From contig NC_088858.1 in assembly GCF_963853765.1 (NCBI RefSeq), positions 34,286,001 to 34,350,000 on the forward strand: DNA of 64,000 nucleotides, given 5' to 3'. The translations under genes were made by a program, and so were the position numbers. Shown in pieces: positions 13,292 through 26,639 of the stretch. Source of the DNA: Magallana gigas (Eukaryota). The notes below the pieces were generated by a model. That model worked only from the letters and a program-made list of their open reading frames with translations. It was not told the origin of the DNA and ran no database searches. The first letter of the stretch is position 1. Each line of letters begins with the position of its first letter.

Positions 13292-15329
13292 TGTTACAAG
13301 GGAAAATGATGTGATTTTAATAAGTTATTCATATCCTGATTGCATGATTCTGAAAAGTGGGTTGTGTTTTATAAGAAATATGAATATAGAACATTTCGAA
13401 GAAAAACATGCAATTCAAGACCTCATTGCTACGAAAATGTGCAAATGTTCACCCGATGCATTTTATAGTGGTTTAAAGTAACATTTTAGTTTACAGAGAA
13501 GTTCAAAGGATAGAAGACATTTATGTCGTTAAAGACATTGTTATATCATTATATTGTTAAAGAGACCAAAGAATTTAATTTTTGTTAATTCCTGTTTTCA
13601 AAGATGCCTGATTCGTGTCTAAATAGATATATCAACAGTTTTTACCACAACAATCATTAGGTCTATATGTGATCTACATACACGGAACAATATGCCTAGT
13701 ATATATGCTATCATGAATGTAATTTTCTAAGTTGATGATAGACGATTACATGAAAAATTTTTAATCTCTTTCATTGTTGATCTGTCTTGCATTGAAGATT
13801 TTTCTGTTTTGTTTCATATTTATTTTCTATAATTGTAAAAATTGATATAGTCTAATGATATTTCATAACGTTGTCTGAAAAGCGGAAAGCATATATAAAG
13901 CGCGTTACTTTTATAAAGTGTAGTATATTTGACTTGAATTTTATTAATTCCACACGTTATTTGGGGTTTACTCTTTATTTTTCTCTCATTTTATGTTAGA
14001 TTTATCTAAATGTGCTGGTTCAAATATTGGCTATGAGTAATAGTTGTGGAAATGTGTTGTTATTAATTTTGGTGTACGTGTACATGTATAAGTGATTCTT
14101 TCAGTTACATCATATCGATATTCATAAACAGCAATGCATATGGCTAAATTATTCAGAGCATCTGATAGAAAAAAGGAAATGCGGGACCTAACAAATATTA
14201 TCATTCTTTAGCAACGACTGTTGATGTTATTGTTTTCAACTATGCATAAACTCAAAGGTATGTTGCGCACATTATAAATTCACTAATGTTTTGAATCAGT
14301 ATTTGATGGATTACTGAACAATAGAAGGTACCTGAAAAATACCTGATTGATCAAGCTCAGAAGCACACAGTCTTCACTCATATTTCCCTCTTTATGAAAA
14401 TAAAAGAGAACATTGGATACAATCTAAGAGTTGATTAGAACGATGTATGTTTAGAAATACAATGTTTAAGATTTGTTTTTATCCTGAAAAAGTGCAACAA
14501 TCTTTTTTTTTGGTAGAGTGTGTACACATTGTAATTAATCTGACCTTTAATGTTCTCGCGTACTTATGGTATCGAAACGTTCATGCTCTAATAAACGTAG
14601 CTAAAGTCTGAAGGATGATTATCCTGATGGCCAAGTTATCCGAAGGTTCAAAAGTACCCCGATTCATAGTTTGAATCTATTATTATTAATTAGATAAATT
14701 CAAAAGGTTCGGTAGTCAGAAAATCCAAATAGTGTAAATTCCTGACATTTTGAACCACACAAAAATATACTGACTACAAAGTATCATTCTACGTAACTAT
14801 ACAGTACTATATTTAGTTCTGTGCGGGCAAATTTCCGTGGCTTGCTATGTTTTAGGATAATTGAACCCCTGCTAGGGAAACGATGATGATTCTGCCCATA
14901 TTAAGTGAGAACATATTAACTTCTTGGCCTAGCAATGAACTTCAAGTTGAAAGACCTTCTAAGATTATGTTATGCTACATGATGTCACGTACAAATTCAT
15001 TTGAGTAAAGAAGTAATTGAAATATCTCAATCATATGAAATGTATTGTGATTGGTATCATATCTTTACTTTCCTCGGCAAAAACGTTATTAGTCGTTGGT
15101 ATTTTGTACGTACAAATTTGACAATTGAATTTGACTTTGTTCTAACCGTAAAGTCTATGCTGTATTAAACTGCAGCAGTAATCACTGATTTTATATTGCT
15201 TTATTATCAAGCTTTCATTTTAAGTAGGAAATCACAAAATCTAAAGAAAATATGTAAAATGGTCAACTTCTGGAAATCTTTTTAATCTAAATCATGCTGT
15301 TTCCAATATGCAGGAAAAGATTGCTGTTT

Positions 15330-15750
15330 TATCTAAAATTCCGAGAATTTTTCATTACAGTCATCTACATCATTTGGGATTAATTGTGATTGATTTACGT
15401 GGACTGGTACATTTGAAATCAATATTTCATACAAAAACATATCTTAATTTACTAAAAGTTTAGAAAACTCTCTGATATCTAAAATTCCGAGAATTTTTCA
15501 TTACTGTCATCTACATCATTTGGGATTAATTTTGATTGATTTACACGGACTGGTACATTTGAAATTAATATTTTGTACAAAAAACATATCTTATTTTACT
15601 AAAAGTTTAGAAAACTCTGATATCTAAAAATTCCGAGAATTTTTCATTACAGACATCTCCATCATTTGGGACCAATTTTGAACGATTTACACGGACTGGT
15701 ACATTTGAAATTAATATTTCATACAAAAATCTTATCTTTTTCACTAAAAA
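15330..15750. repeat. ~146-bp tandem repeat, ~3 units
   Basis: Units start at 15330, 15476 and 15621. Confidence 0.85.
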
Positions 15751-16339
15751 TTCAGGCAATTCTTATATTGCTACTCCCTGCACCAATTTAGATTAATTGA
15801 CACGGAATGGTACATTATGGCATGAATATTTTAGAGAGAAAAACATTGTGTTTTACTTAAAATTTCGATGATTCTTAATTACAATCTCCTGCAACAACTG
15901 TGATGATTTAATGGAAAGGTACAACAGTAAAAATTTTGAAAAAAAAATACTCATTGCAATTCTTTCATCTTTTTGATTTACATGGAATGGTACGCCGGCG
16001 TCGTATGAAATTATTATCTAATAAAGAAAACATAATTGGAAATTGATTTCGATTGATGAAAACGAAATGGTACATTACGGTATGAATATTTTAAACGACT
16101 TCTCAACGCACTTTGAAAAAAATAATTGGACAAATTTTTTTAAAGAGTGCGTCATGAAGGTACATCAACATTTTTTAGTATTGAGACACTTAACAAACTT
16201 TGAAAAAATATGTTTAAATTACAAATTCTGGAATTAAATTCCTTATTTGTTAATGGCATGATGATTTGTTAACACTAATGAATCTAATTTACCGTTTTTA
16301 AAAACAGAGATAGGGGTGGGGGTGAACCAAAGATACAGG

Positions 16340-16342
<3 letters not shown>

Positions 16343-16385
<43 letters not shown>

Positions 16386-17860
16386 TGATTTTAGAATTTG
16401 AGATACATGTTCGATCTTGATTTTGCTATTTAACAGCTAAACATGATTTAGAATAGAAAAACGGGGTCTACATTCTAAGGGCCAGATACTATTTTGTTTC
16501 AGGGATAAGAGCTTTGTTCAAAAAGTGTTTAGAAATTCGTTACCGTTCTTGAGATATCTGAGAAAAAAATTTTTTAGGGGCCAGTCCCTTACCTCCTTAT
16601 TGGAGTCGCTGAACCAAATTTTGAAGGTTGCGTTTTGTATAGTACATTATTTTGAGCATCTTTTCTTCTACACTGCATTTCAAAATATTTTCCTTTTTGA
16701 GATATAGCTTGTCATAGTTTATGGACTCATCACCCCTAAAAAATCCTTATTCCATAACACATGAATAAATCATTACAGTACTTGGATACAGAACTGTGAG
16801 ATAATCATATTTGCTTCTATAACCGTTCACAAAATATCCCTCAGTAAAGGGCTACAAATAAAAGACTTTAGAGCCCTTTGGTCCCCTAATTTTAGGGGTC
16901 AGCCCCTTTTTCTTGATATAAAAAAAAAGGTCATTTAAATCTCAACACATTTTGTTCAACAACTGTTTAGAAATTCGTTACCGTTCTTGAGATATATGGG
17001 AAAGAACATTTTAGGGGCCGATCCCTTAACTCCTTATAGGGGCCATTTAACGACATTTTGAAAATTGCATCTGATTAAGTTCATCATTCTGAGCATCTTT
17101 TCTTCTATACTGCATTTTAAAATATTTTTCCTTTCTGTGATATAAGTGATCAAAATTCTGGACTTTTGGCCCCTAAAAACCCCTAATTACGTAACACATG
17201 ATAACATCATTACATTGCTTATATACATAACTGTAAAATAAACATATTTGCTTCTATAACTGTTCACAAAATACCCCTCAGTAAAGAGCTACAGATGAAA
17301 GACTTTAGAGCCCTTTAGTCCCCTAATATTAGGGGCCAGTCCCTTTTTCTTGATATCAAATGAAAGGTCTTGTAAATATACACTTTTTTGCATTACATGT
17401 GTTAACAAAATATTTTTCAGAAAAGAGATAAACTAAGAAAACCATGAAAAATTACGACGTTTTTTTAGTCTCAATTTTCGGGACCAGTCGAGCTTTAACG
17501 CCTTTTGAGCATAACAAATATAAATGCCAAATTGCACATCTACAATCTCTTGTCTACAATCCCTGAAAGTTTGAATTCAATATCTTTTACCGTTTAGGAG
17601 GAGATCCCTGGACAAGCCGACCCTCTGAAAATCGCTAAAACGTCATTTTCTCAAGAACGGAAATGACGTCATCAAAATAAAAAAATGTATATTAAGTTCG
17701 GACTAATATCTATTAGATCTGAAAGTTTCACGAAAATCGGTTCAGCCATTTCCGAGAAATCGCCTGCACAAATTTTGTAAGAAAAAAAAAATAATAATAA
17801 TAGGGAAAAAGAAACCGAACGAAAACAATAAGGTCTTCCGTTGGAAAACGGAAGACCTTA
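16343..17860. mobile_element. Helentron-type non-autonomous element (HINE) with internal ~440-bp tandem dimer
   Basis: Starts actagacacgatctcgttgcgagcaacgag with subterminal aggtcttccgt; ends in hairpin aaggtcttccgt-tggaaa-acggaagacctt. No TSD; clean empty site in copy 1 (caggtcatttacca, ~1662). Confidence 0.8.
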
Positions 17861-19011
17861 ATTACCAATACAATGTACTTCATTTTATTGATTACAGGAA
17901 AAATGTCCCCTACCCCTCTTTTTTCCTTCCAAAACATATATGATATTCAGCAGCTTAGAATAAATGTATAAAATCACGAAAAATACGCTTTGTTGTAAAT
18001 TAAGTACAGAGATATGGGAAAAAAATGAGCTGGTCAATCAATAATTTCTCCAATGGTATGTTAAACAATCCATAAGTGTTTCAACATAGTCCCTCATTTC
18101 AAATGCTAATCAAATTAATCACTTCATTATAAAAATGTACGTTGACAAACATCAAAATATTATAAACTTAAAAATAAGCATTAGGATGTGAGGTTTTTTT
18201 TCTGCACTGATCCTTTAAAAGATCATATTGTTTTTTATTACAATAACTAATGTATCCTTTTATCTCACATCATGTTTGTTTAAAAGCATATGCAATTTAA
18301 GACAGTTGAGATATGTTATACATTATCTCCATATCTCCATTATCAATAAAAAAAATTAAATAATTTTCGTTTCTGGCACACAGCACATTTTTTTTTAAGG
18401 ATCAGTGCAGAAGAAAAACTCACACCCTAATACTTATTTTTAAGTCTATAATAATTTAATGTTTGTCAATGTACATGTAATTATTTTTATAACGACGTAA
18501 TTCAAGCACCGATCCTTAAGAATCACTTCATTTTGTGTGTTAATATCTACGATACCAACGCAGTTTGAAAAAAAATCAAAGTGCATAGACTTGGTCCAAA
18601 AAAATTAACGCACTTTAAAAAATTTTCAAAGTGCGTAAACAGATACTCGGTGACCATTTATAAGCTATAAGTGAAACTGACATTTCATCATACATTGTAT
18701 ATGTATTTTTAATAAATAAATATTATATAATTTATTAACGTACTCTATATATTACTGTATGAGTCAGCTATTGTTACAACATTGATTAAGTTACTTTATC
18801 TCTGCACTGTATATACTATTAAAACACATTAGTACGTTACTAACTTATATAAAACAATTATTCTGCCTTGAATAATTACACAAAGAGCTCAGGAAATCTG
18901 AATGTCTGAGAATACATGTAGCTAATGTATTACATTTACTAGTAATTTTAAATATGACTGTCAAATCGGATGATTATATAATATAACTATTATGGACATC
19001 ATTGTACAATA

Positions 19012-19282
19012 AATGTGTGGCTATAAGGACCCATGTCAAGTGACATCGACCGAAGACGCAGGAAAGTGATATTGACCTCGCAAGCTAAGTCTATATAGCT
19101 TTATCCAATATCACTTGATATGGGTCTTTATAACTACCTATCAACATACAAAGCAGTCCATAAATAGATGAAATTACAGAGTGCTGTGGTTTACATTTAT
19201 TACGGTTCAAAGACACGGTCTCTTTTACATAAAAATTGTTTTGACATTGCATGTGCATAACACGACGTCACAATTTTTCCCT
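19012..19282. mobile_element. ~270-bp hairpin-containing insertion specific to duplicate unit B
   Basis: ataaggacccatgtcaagtg...cacttgatatgggtctttata inverted pair; absent at ~2925. Confidence 0.55.
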
Positions 19283-20159
19283 TTGAAAAAGCTTGACTAA
19301 AAATAGAGAAAAAGTCAACTTAGAGCTGGTTAATTACCATAAAATTTCAGATTTGACAACTTTTAAATGTGTTTAATTCAATTCTTTAAAAATATCAAAA
19401 TGTGTAAAATAATGCCATAAGGACCGTTTTTGCATGCACACCTCACAGTCTACTCAATATTTAGGTTCATGAACCCTGGGGAGCATTCATTTTTGTCCGC
19501 AAGAGAGACGACTCTTGAAAACGTGCATTGAATATACTTCGTTTCTTAGTCTTATTGATAAAGATAAATATATTAAGAAAAGTTTTAAAATTATTTAAAT
19601 TATACATAATAAATATAACAATAAGTAAAAGGCAAGAAAATGCATGAAAGAAGTACATGATAAAATTTGATAGGCTGGAAATATTAAGTGCATATTGTTT
19701 TTAAGTACATGTAAAAATCTACACAACTACATACCATTAATACACTGTATTATGTAAATTGAAAAAAATACACAGGTTGTAAGAGTTCTTTTTTTTAAAT
19801 GAATTAGAAAATAATGACATTGCATATATCATTAAAAAATATCAAAAGTTATAGACATGCAGTTCAACATCAATTAATATAATAAAGGGATATACTATAC
19901 TGCACAGCAATTTAGGATATAAATGAATGTCATTTTTCATATGAAAGATAATTAACTAAAGATCACTAGACTCGTTTAAAAAACTCCATACCATTTAAAA
20001 AATGAGAAGGTTGCAGAGGGCCTATTTGTATCTAGTTTCATATAATGAAAATAAATTAATGACCCTACATACATCATTCTGAGAAAAAAACCAGACATGC
20101 TGTTAAAGAAAATTAAAGTGATAAATAACAGGGATCGATAGGATCATTATATAGTATAG

Positions 20160-21170
20160 CAGTTTTAGATGTAAACGGTAAAAAAAATTCAATGGATTGG
20201 AAATCTAAAAGAATATTTTGTTAAAAATCAATCTGATTGCACATACAAGTACTCTGAAGTTGACATCAAAAGATGTTTAAGTTTCTGATAGACAACATCT
20301 ATGTAGTTTTTGGAAATCAAGTCTTCCAACAATCTGTTGACATTCCCATGGATACCAATTGTGTCCCATTGTTAACAGATCTATTTTTGTATTCTTATGA
20401 AGCAGAATTTATTAAAAAATAAATGAAAATATCAAATCACTCGCTGTGGCCTTCAACTCAACATTAAGGTATATCGACGACGAATTAACAATTTACAATT
20501 GTTATTTCCATACTTACGTCGACTCGATATATCCCAGTGAACTTGAAATAAAAGATACTCCAGAGTCTGCGTCATCTGTTTCATATTTGGATATTTTACT
20601 GGAAATGGACATTGATGGTAACCTTACAACAAAAGTTTATGATAAACGTTATGACTTCAATTTTTCTATGGTTAACTTTCCTTACTTATATTGCAATATT
20701 CCTTCATCAACTAAATATGGTGTTTTAGTCTCAGTTGATTCGATGCACAAGGGCATGCTCTTCGTATGAACAGTTTTTAGGCAAAGCAAGCTACTGACAA
20801 ACAAGTTGATAAAACAGGACCATCAACTGTCTCTTTTGAAGTCATCTTTTCGTAAGTTCTATGGTCAATACAACGACCTTGTCACCAAACACAATCTTAC
20901 ACTGGGTCGCATGCTGACTGACGTTTTTCATACTATGTAATTGCTAGACCATAATTAATCACCTAATTGTCTACGGAGTTTACCGTCCGTTTTTTCGCCC
21001 GATTACGAAAAAAAGCACACGGCGGGTGTGAACGGTCAGCAGAGGATGCTTACTCCTCCTAGGCACATGATTCTACCTCTATCTATTTGGAGGTCCGTGT
21101 TGCTCTGCTTTGAATTTGTATTTCGTTTTATGAATTATTGCGATGGTTGACGGTTTGTTATTGTCATTTT
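20160..21170 (+). pseudogene. Decayed, 5'-truncated Penelope-like retroelement RT fragment with 3' tail
   Basis: Broken frames give LIDNIYVVFGNQVFQQSVDIPMDTNC.PLL.DLFLYSYEAEF and FNSTLRYIDD...SYLDILL...KVYDKRYDFNF, which are PLE-type RT motifs; multiple stops and frameshifts. Confidence 0.7.
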
Positions 21171-21555
21171 TTCATTTGTTTCCAATCATTTGAATAAAGG
21201 AAAATAACTATTATATTTTTATTTCTTTTTTAACTAAATTTAAATTATATTCTTTAAAAATATAAATATTTGAATATTTTTCTTTAAATTTCTTCTGTTC
21301 ATGAATAAGACCTTTACATTTATCATCACTCTTTAAGATTAATTTATATATATTATGTCAACTTAAGCTTCCCTTTGTAACTGAGTATTTTTGTTTGTTT
21401 GTATACAAGAGTATATTTAAAAACTTGTATAAAATAGTAGTGCTAAATTTCAATTAAATTAAGATAACTGTTTCAAAAAATGTTGCATGTATATAGATAT
21501 GTTATATAAAACAAGAGATGTTTTTGAAACATTTATGCCCCTCTCCAATGGAAAC

Positions 21556-21594
<39 letters not shown>

Positions 21595-21766
21595 GAACAA
21601 TAGGTATGATAAAGTCAGCTTAATGGAGTCTTAATACAAACAATCTGGACAATGTACAATAATACATGTAGATCCTGTATAAATAAAATTCATTTTTCCC
21701 CCTTGGAACTCGGATAGCCCTGATTGCTGCCAATATTTACAAGAGCAGACTTTAATCACCGCTCCT

Positions 21767-22162
21767 GCACATATATAGGGACTCAATGTTACGCAGGGAG
21801 GGATGACCGCACACCTACGCAACTCAACAGGTACCAACGTTAATGCAAGCAGGGATGACCGAACACTTGCGCCAACAGCTCAACCTAACACAAGCAGGGA
21901 GTGCCACACACTTGTGCTAGAAAGGCCTGAACACCAGCAGGGATGACCATACAAAGCACCACCGCCGCAACCACCACCAATACAAGCAGGTATGACTGCA
22001 CACTTGTATTAATGCGATACAGGGCAGGAATGACCGCACACTCTGTATCGAAGATTAGATAGAGCAGGGATGTCCACACACTCAATCTATTAGTACCTGT
22101 TCAAATTTAACCCCAAACAGTCGCTCATCATAATGCTATAGACACTGTCCCTATATATGTGC
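21767..22162. repeat. Seven degenerate ~20-bp repeats with variable spacers, bracketed by a perfect 16-bp inverted repeat
   Basis: Consensus (a)gcagggatgaccgcacac at ~21793, 21848, 21893, 21936, 21985, 22023 and 22063. Inverted repeat gcacatatatagggac 21767-21782 / gtccctatatatgtgc 22147-22162. Confidence 0.7.
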
Positions 22163-22576
22163 CGGCCTAAAATAATTCATAGTATCTAAAAATTGGAAAT
22201 AAAAAATAAACAAACTAATCCGGCCTAACCCAAAACTTCTTATGCAGAACAATTTATATACATTGAATTTTTATTATTGTATAAAAATAATCATCACAAT
22301 AATTGGTTAACAGTGGATGCATTAATTAAAATAACCAAAAATCAATAAATCAAGGGCAATAACTCAATACAGTAATACAAAAAGATTCTAATGAAAAAAT
22401 AGCTGCCAGCTTCAATTTTATAGTCATATCAAATGTTGAGTATTGCAGTTCTCAAAAAGATCCTTTACAATTGTTTATATATGGGATATTTAGCTACATC
22501 AAACTCTGAACCTTCTTGTGAGGCCAAAGAATTGTCCTGGGGCCAAAGTCTTAACAATTATAAAGAATCATCTTGC

Positions 22577-23420
22577 TGATTAGTTTCTGAGAAGAAGATT
22601 TTTAAAGATTTACTCTATATATTCCTATGTAAAACTTTAACACCCCCCCCCCCATGTGGCCTCACCCTACCCCCAGGGATCATGATTTTCACAACTTTGA
22701 ATCTACACTACCTGAGGACACTTCCACACAAGTTTCAGTTTTCCTGGCTGATTAGTTTCTGAGAAGAAGATTTATAAATATTTACTCTATATATTCCTAT
22801 GTAAAATTTTGACCCCCCATTGTGCCCCACCCTACCCCCAGGGATCATGATTTTCACAACTTTGAATCTACACTACCTGAGGATATTTCCACACAAGTTT
22901 CAGCTTTTCTGGCTGATTAGTTTCTGAGAAGAAGATTTTTAAAGATTTACTCTGTATATTCCTATGTAAAATTTCGACCCCCCATTGTGGCCCCACCCTA
23001 CCCCCCGGGGTCATGATTTTCACAACTTTGAATCTACACTACCTGAGGATGCTTCCACACAAGTTTCAGCTTTCCTGGCTGTTTAGTTTCTGAGAAGAAG
23101 ATTTTTAAAGATTTACTCTGTATATTCCTATGTAAAACTTCGACCCCCAGTTGTGGCCCCACCCTACCCCGGGGGTCATGAATTTCACAACTTTGAATCT
23201 ACACTACCTGAGGATGCTTCCACACAAGTTTCAGCTTTCCTGGCTTTCTGGTTCTTGAGAAGAAGATTTTTTAAAATTTCTCGAAATTTTTCATTAATTT
23301 CTAATTATCTCCCCTTGAAAACGGATGTGGTCCTTAATTTTCACAACTTTGAATCCCCTTTGCCTAAGGATGATTTGTGCCAAGTTTGGTTTAAATTGGC
23401 CTAGTAGTTCTTGAGAAGAT
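22577..23420. repeat. Cg170-like ~166-bp satellite, ~5 monomers
   Basis: tgagaagaagatt at 22588, 22760, 22925, 23091 and 23256 (periods 172, 165, 166, 165), plus a degenerate unit to ~23412. Confidence 0.9.
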
Positions 23421-23497
23421 GTCGAAAATGTGAAAAGTTTACGGACGGACAGACGGACAGACAGACAGACGGACGACAGACAAAATGTGATCAGAAT

Positions 23498-23534
<37 letters not shown>

Positions 23535-24750
23535 ATAATGAACAGAAAATAATTAGAATATTTCTAAATCAAAGGGGCATAGCTCTGTCGAAATTGCTTG
23601 ATTGTAATCAAAATCTAACTTGACCTAGACATTATTATGATTGATCTGTATACCAAATTTCATTTCAATATGTGCAATCTCCGCAAAGAAAATGAACGGA
23701 ATCTGCAAATGAGTAGAATTTTTTAAAGTGAAAGGGGCTGTCTAATATTTCTCGATCGTACCAAAAATCAAAATTGAGCTAGATATTATTATGATTAATC
23801 AGTATTCTAAATCCCATTTCAGTACGTGCAACCTCTGCGAGTGCACTCAATAAAATGTTTGCTGGTATTTATTATCTAGTAAACACTTAATGTTAAAACA
23901 ATTCATCCAGTAACATTTAACATGCCCATATCTTTTTTATGTAACATAAATTAGAATGTTATGAATGATGTGTTTAGAACAAATCATTCTGTGATTGGCT
24001 CCATATATCTTTAAAAGATGGCACTGTGAGTTGCTAAAAAGGCAGAATAAGGTTCCATCCTAATCCTTATTCATTCCATTCAAGAAATATTCATTAATGT
24101 CATGGTCTGAAAACTAAAATAAAATTAAACATAAAGCGTTCTCTTAACACTTTATGTTTATTCTTTTGATTCTCTTAATCAACTTTCGCATAAAATTGTG
24201 CATTCATTACACACTTATATATTCAATGCAGTTATTTTAAGAATGTGCTATAAAGTGATCCTGACGATGTAATCTATCCTAATATTGTATATATGACATT
24301 ATTTTGCCACTAATTTTGAACCCAGCTCGCAGTTTATCTTTTTGTTATATATACAAGGTAAAAAAACAGTTGCATCATAAGCATGTACTTTCAGCAATTT
24401 TAAAAACCACCAAAAATTTCAGTCTTACAAAACACTTCAAATTTTTCAAATGATTTTACAATTAAAATATGTACTAATACAGCAGTAAGTCAAACGTGAT
24501 ATTGCTTTTTAAAGCAATATAACTTACACAACAAAATCAGGAAACCTGGGTCAATCAATCTGCACACACGTAAAAATTTAATGAATCGAATAGTTCAAAC
24601 AGAATCACCAGAAACCGTCTGTCTTTGTTACCAACTGGTGTAACTTCAAAGACATTCAGTTTTCCAATGGACAGAAAGATTTCAATTATATTGAACAAGG
24701 TCAAAGTCAGAAACACTTATGAAACACATTAATGTCTGTATGAGTTGCAA

Positions 24751-24962
24751 CTATCAACATTCTATGAACACTTAAATAAGATTGAGTCAATAACAAAAAC
24801 TAATCTGAAAGCATAAAAAATTCATGGAATTTCTGCAAACCCTTTCTCTCTATCTATCTAATTATCAACATTCTATGAACACCAAAATAAGACTGAGTCA
24901 ATAACAAAAACTAATCTGAAAGCATAAAAAATTCATGGAATTTCTGCAAACCCTTTCTCTCA
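24751..24962. repeat. 111-bp tandem duplication
   Basis: tatcaacattctatgaacac...gcaaaccctttctctc at 24751 and 24862. Confidence 0.9.
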
Positions 24963-26639
24963 GAGAGTGTAAAAGACATTTCGTTATGTTAATTAAATTT
25001 TCGAACTCCTGGCATTCCTTTCGGAGGTTTCCTCCACTTCAAATACCGATAATCCATGTTGCAACAAGATGCCCATACAATGACCTTGCTTGGCTTTCAA
25101 TCAGCTTATACTAAATATATCTACATATTGAGGACAAGTTGTAAGTTAAAAACATGACAAAGAAGTACCTTCTGGGCTTCAACAGATTTAACTGGGTCAT
25201 TAGCAGTATCAAATTGACAATATTTTAATATTTTTTATATTCGTGATCTTCAGATCATCTGGAGACAGCAGGTAAACCTGGAGATTAGACAATATCATTA
25301 CAAAGCCAAATGCTGTCATTGTGAAAACAAAAGGTGTGTCCCAGATTATACTTTCTTATGGGGCATATGCGGTATCTGAGACATAGGTCAAAACATTAAC
25401 ATGACAACAGCCATAACAAATCATTAAGTGGGTAATGACTTATAACTATAAAATTTGTAATGGCCTTCATGGTCTCTCTCTTTCTCTCTCTCTTTTTCTC
25501 TCTCTCAACATCTTTGTCAGCAACATTGCTATTGCATTATTGAAATATATATATGGTTCATGGAAGTAAGGCAATCAATAATAATTACACTGTATTACCA
25601 ATCTCTCTCTCTCCCCCTCTCTCTCTCTCATACTCTCCATTGTATAATGTCATACTTATATAACAAACGCAGACCCTTGATTCATAAACACTCTCATCGT
25701 TAATTTATAATTAAGACAAAAATTTAACAGTTTAAAAGAGATACATGTATCAAAACTGAATGTACGTGTCGAGGAAATTCTGTATGGAAATGACTGAAGG
25801 CATGATTGACACAAAAACAAAAAAAAAACCTTTTAAAAAATATTCTAGGAAAAATATACAATTTTTTAAACATATACTTGTTACCAATATGTGGAAAAAC
25901 TGACTATAATACACTTGTTTACACTTTTTATACCAAAACATGTCTTTCAAATCACATTTCACAACGAACATTAATTATTAACATTTTGGTAACACATGCA
26001 GTAGAATTAATGCACTGCAGATTTTTAAAAAGGTATTTATCTAGTTTAACAATATAATTGAGTATGTTTTTACCCATACATGACTACCCCTAGCACGTTT
26101 GAGATTGTTGACAATATCAAAACATACGTAATCACAGATTACAAAGCTCACCGAGACGAAACATCACCTATATGAAGCATCACCTTTATGGGACCACCTT
26201 TATTTTATTATATGAAATCATAGTTAAAGATCTTGGGTATATATGGATACTGTTTTGACAATATCGTATTACTATATCATATGTTAACAAAATTGTATGA
26301 TAATCATTTGTTCATTTCATACGGTATTACTGTAAACATATTTCATTTGGCTATGTATTCTATTAAGCGTTTTATGCGGAATGCTGCTTCCGCTAAATCA
26401 AGTACATCGCTAAATGCCATGCATATATGTATGAGAATAGTCACGTTCAGGATTACACTAATTCATTTCAACGCTTATTTGCTCAAAAACTATTTTCCAC
26501 CAAATATCGTACACGCCAAATATAATATGTTTTCAGTATAAGATCAATGTTTATCAATACAATAATATAAAATACGAAATTGCATCCTATGATGCATAAA
26601 ATATATATCATATTACACAATAAAATGCTGTAATAAATA

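Larger units (their letters stand above)
1..13800. repeat. Tandem segmental duplication, copy 1 (contains paralog A)
   Basis: Colinear similarity to 15185-43060. Anchors: 146/15330, 1651/16325, 4700/28730, 6650/36760, 13700/42990. The left boundary lies outside the window. Confidence 0.85.
21559..23533. mobile_element. Helentron-type (pearl/CvA-like, Cg_HINE) element carrying a Cg170-like satellite array
   Basis: 5' aaacaagaggcccatgggccacatcgctcacctgag; GACA/GACG tetranucleotide run at ~23444-23482; 3' hairpin gctcacttgagctttcagctcaggtgagc followed by aaaaa. Confidence 0.85.
21508..23840. mobile_element. Outer HINE-like element (aaacaagagatgttttt start) interrupted by the Cg170-bearing element
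   Basis: 5' end at 21508-21558; resumes after 23533 with degenerate ~165-bp repeats (aatttcatttcaatatgtgcaa.ctc.gc); 3' end not identified. Confidence 0.55.

Noticed and set aside
21793-22085. True prokaryotic CRISPR array
   Set aside because: Repeats are short and degenerate, no cas genes or leader are present, and the context is eukaryotic. Kept only as a CRISPR-like finding.
23153-23404. 83-aa ORF MAPPYPGGHEF...
   Set aside because: Translation of Cg170 satellite monomers.
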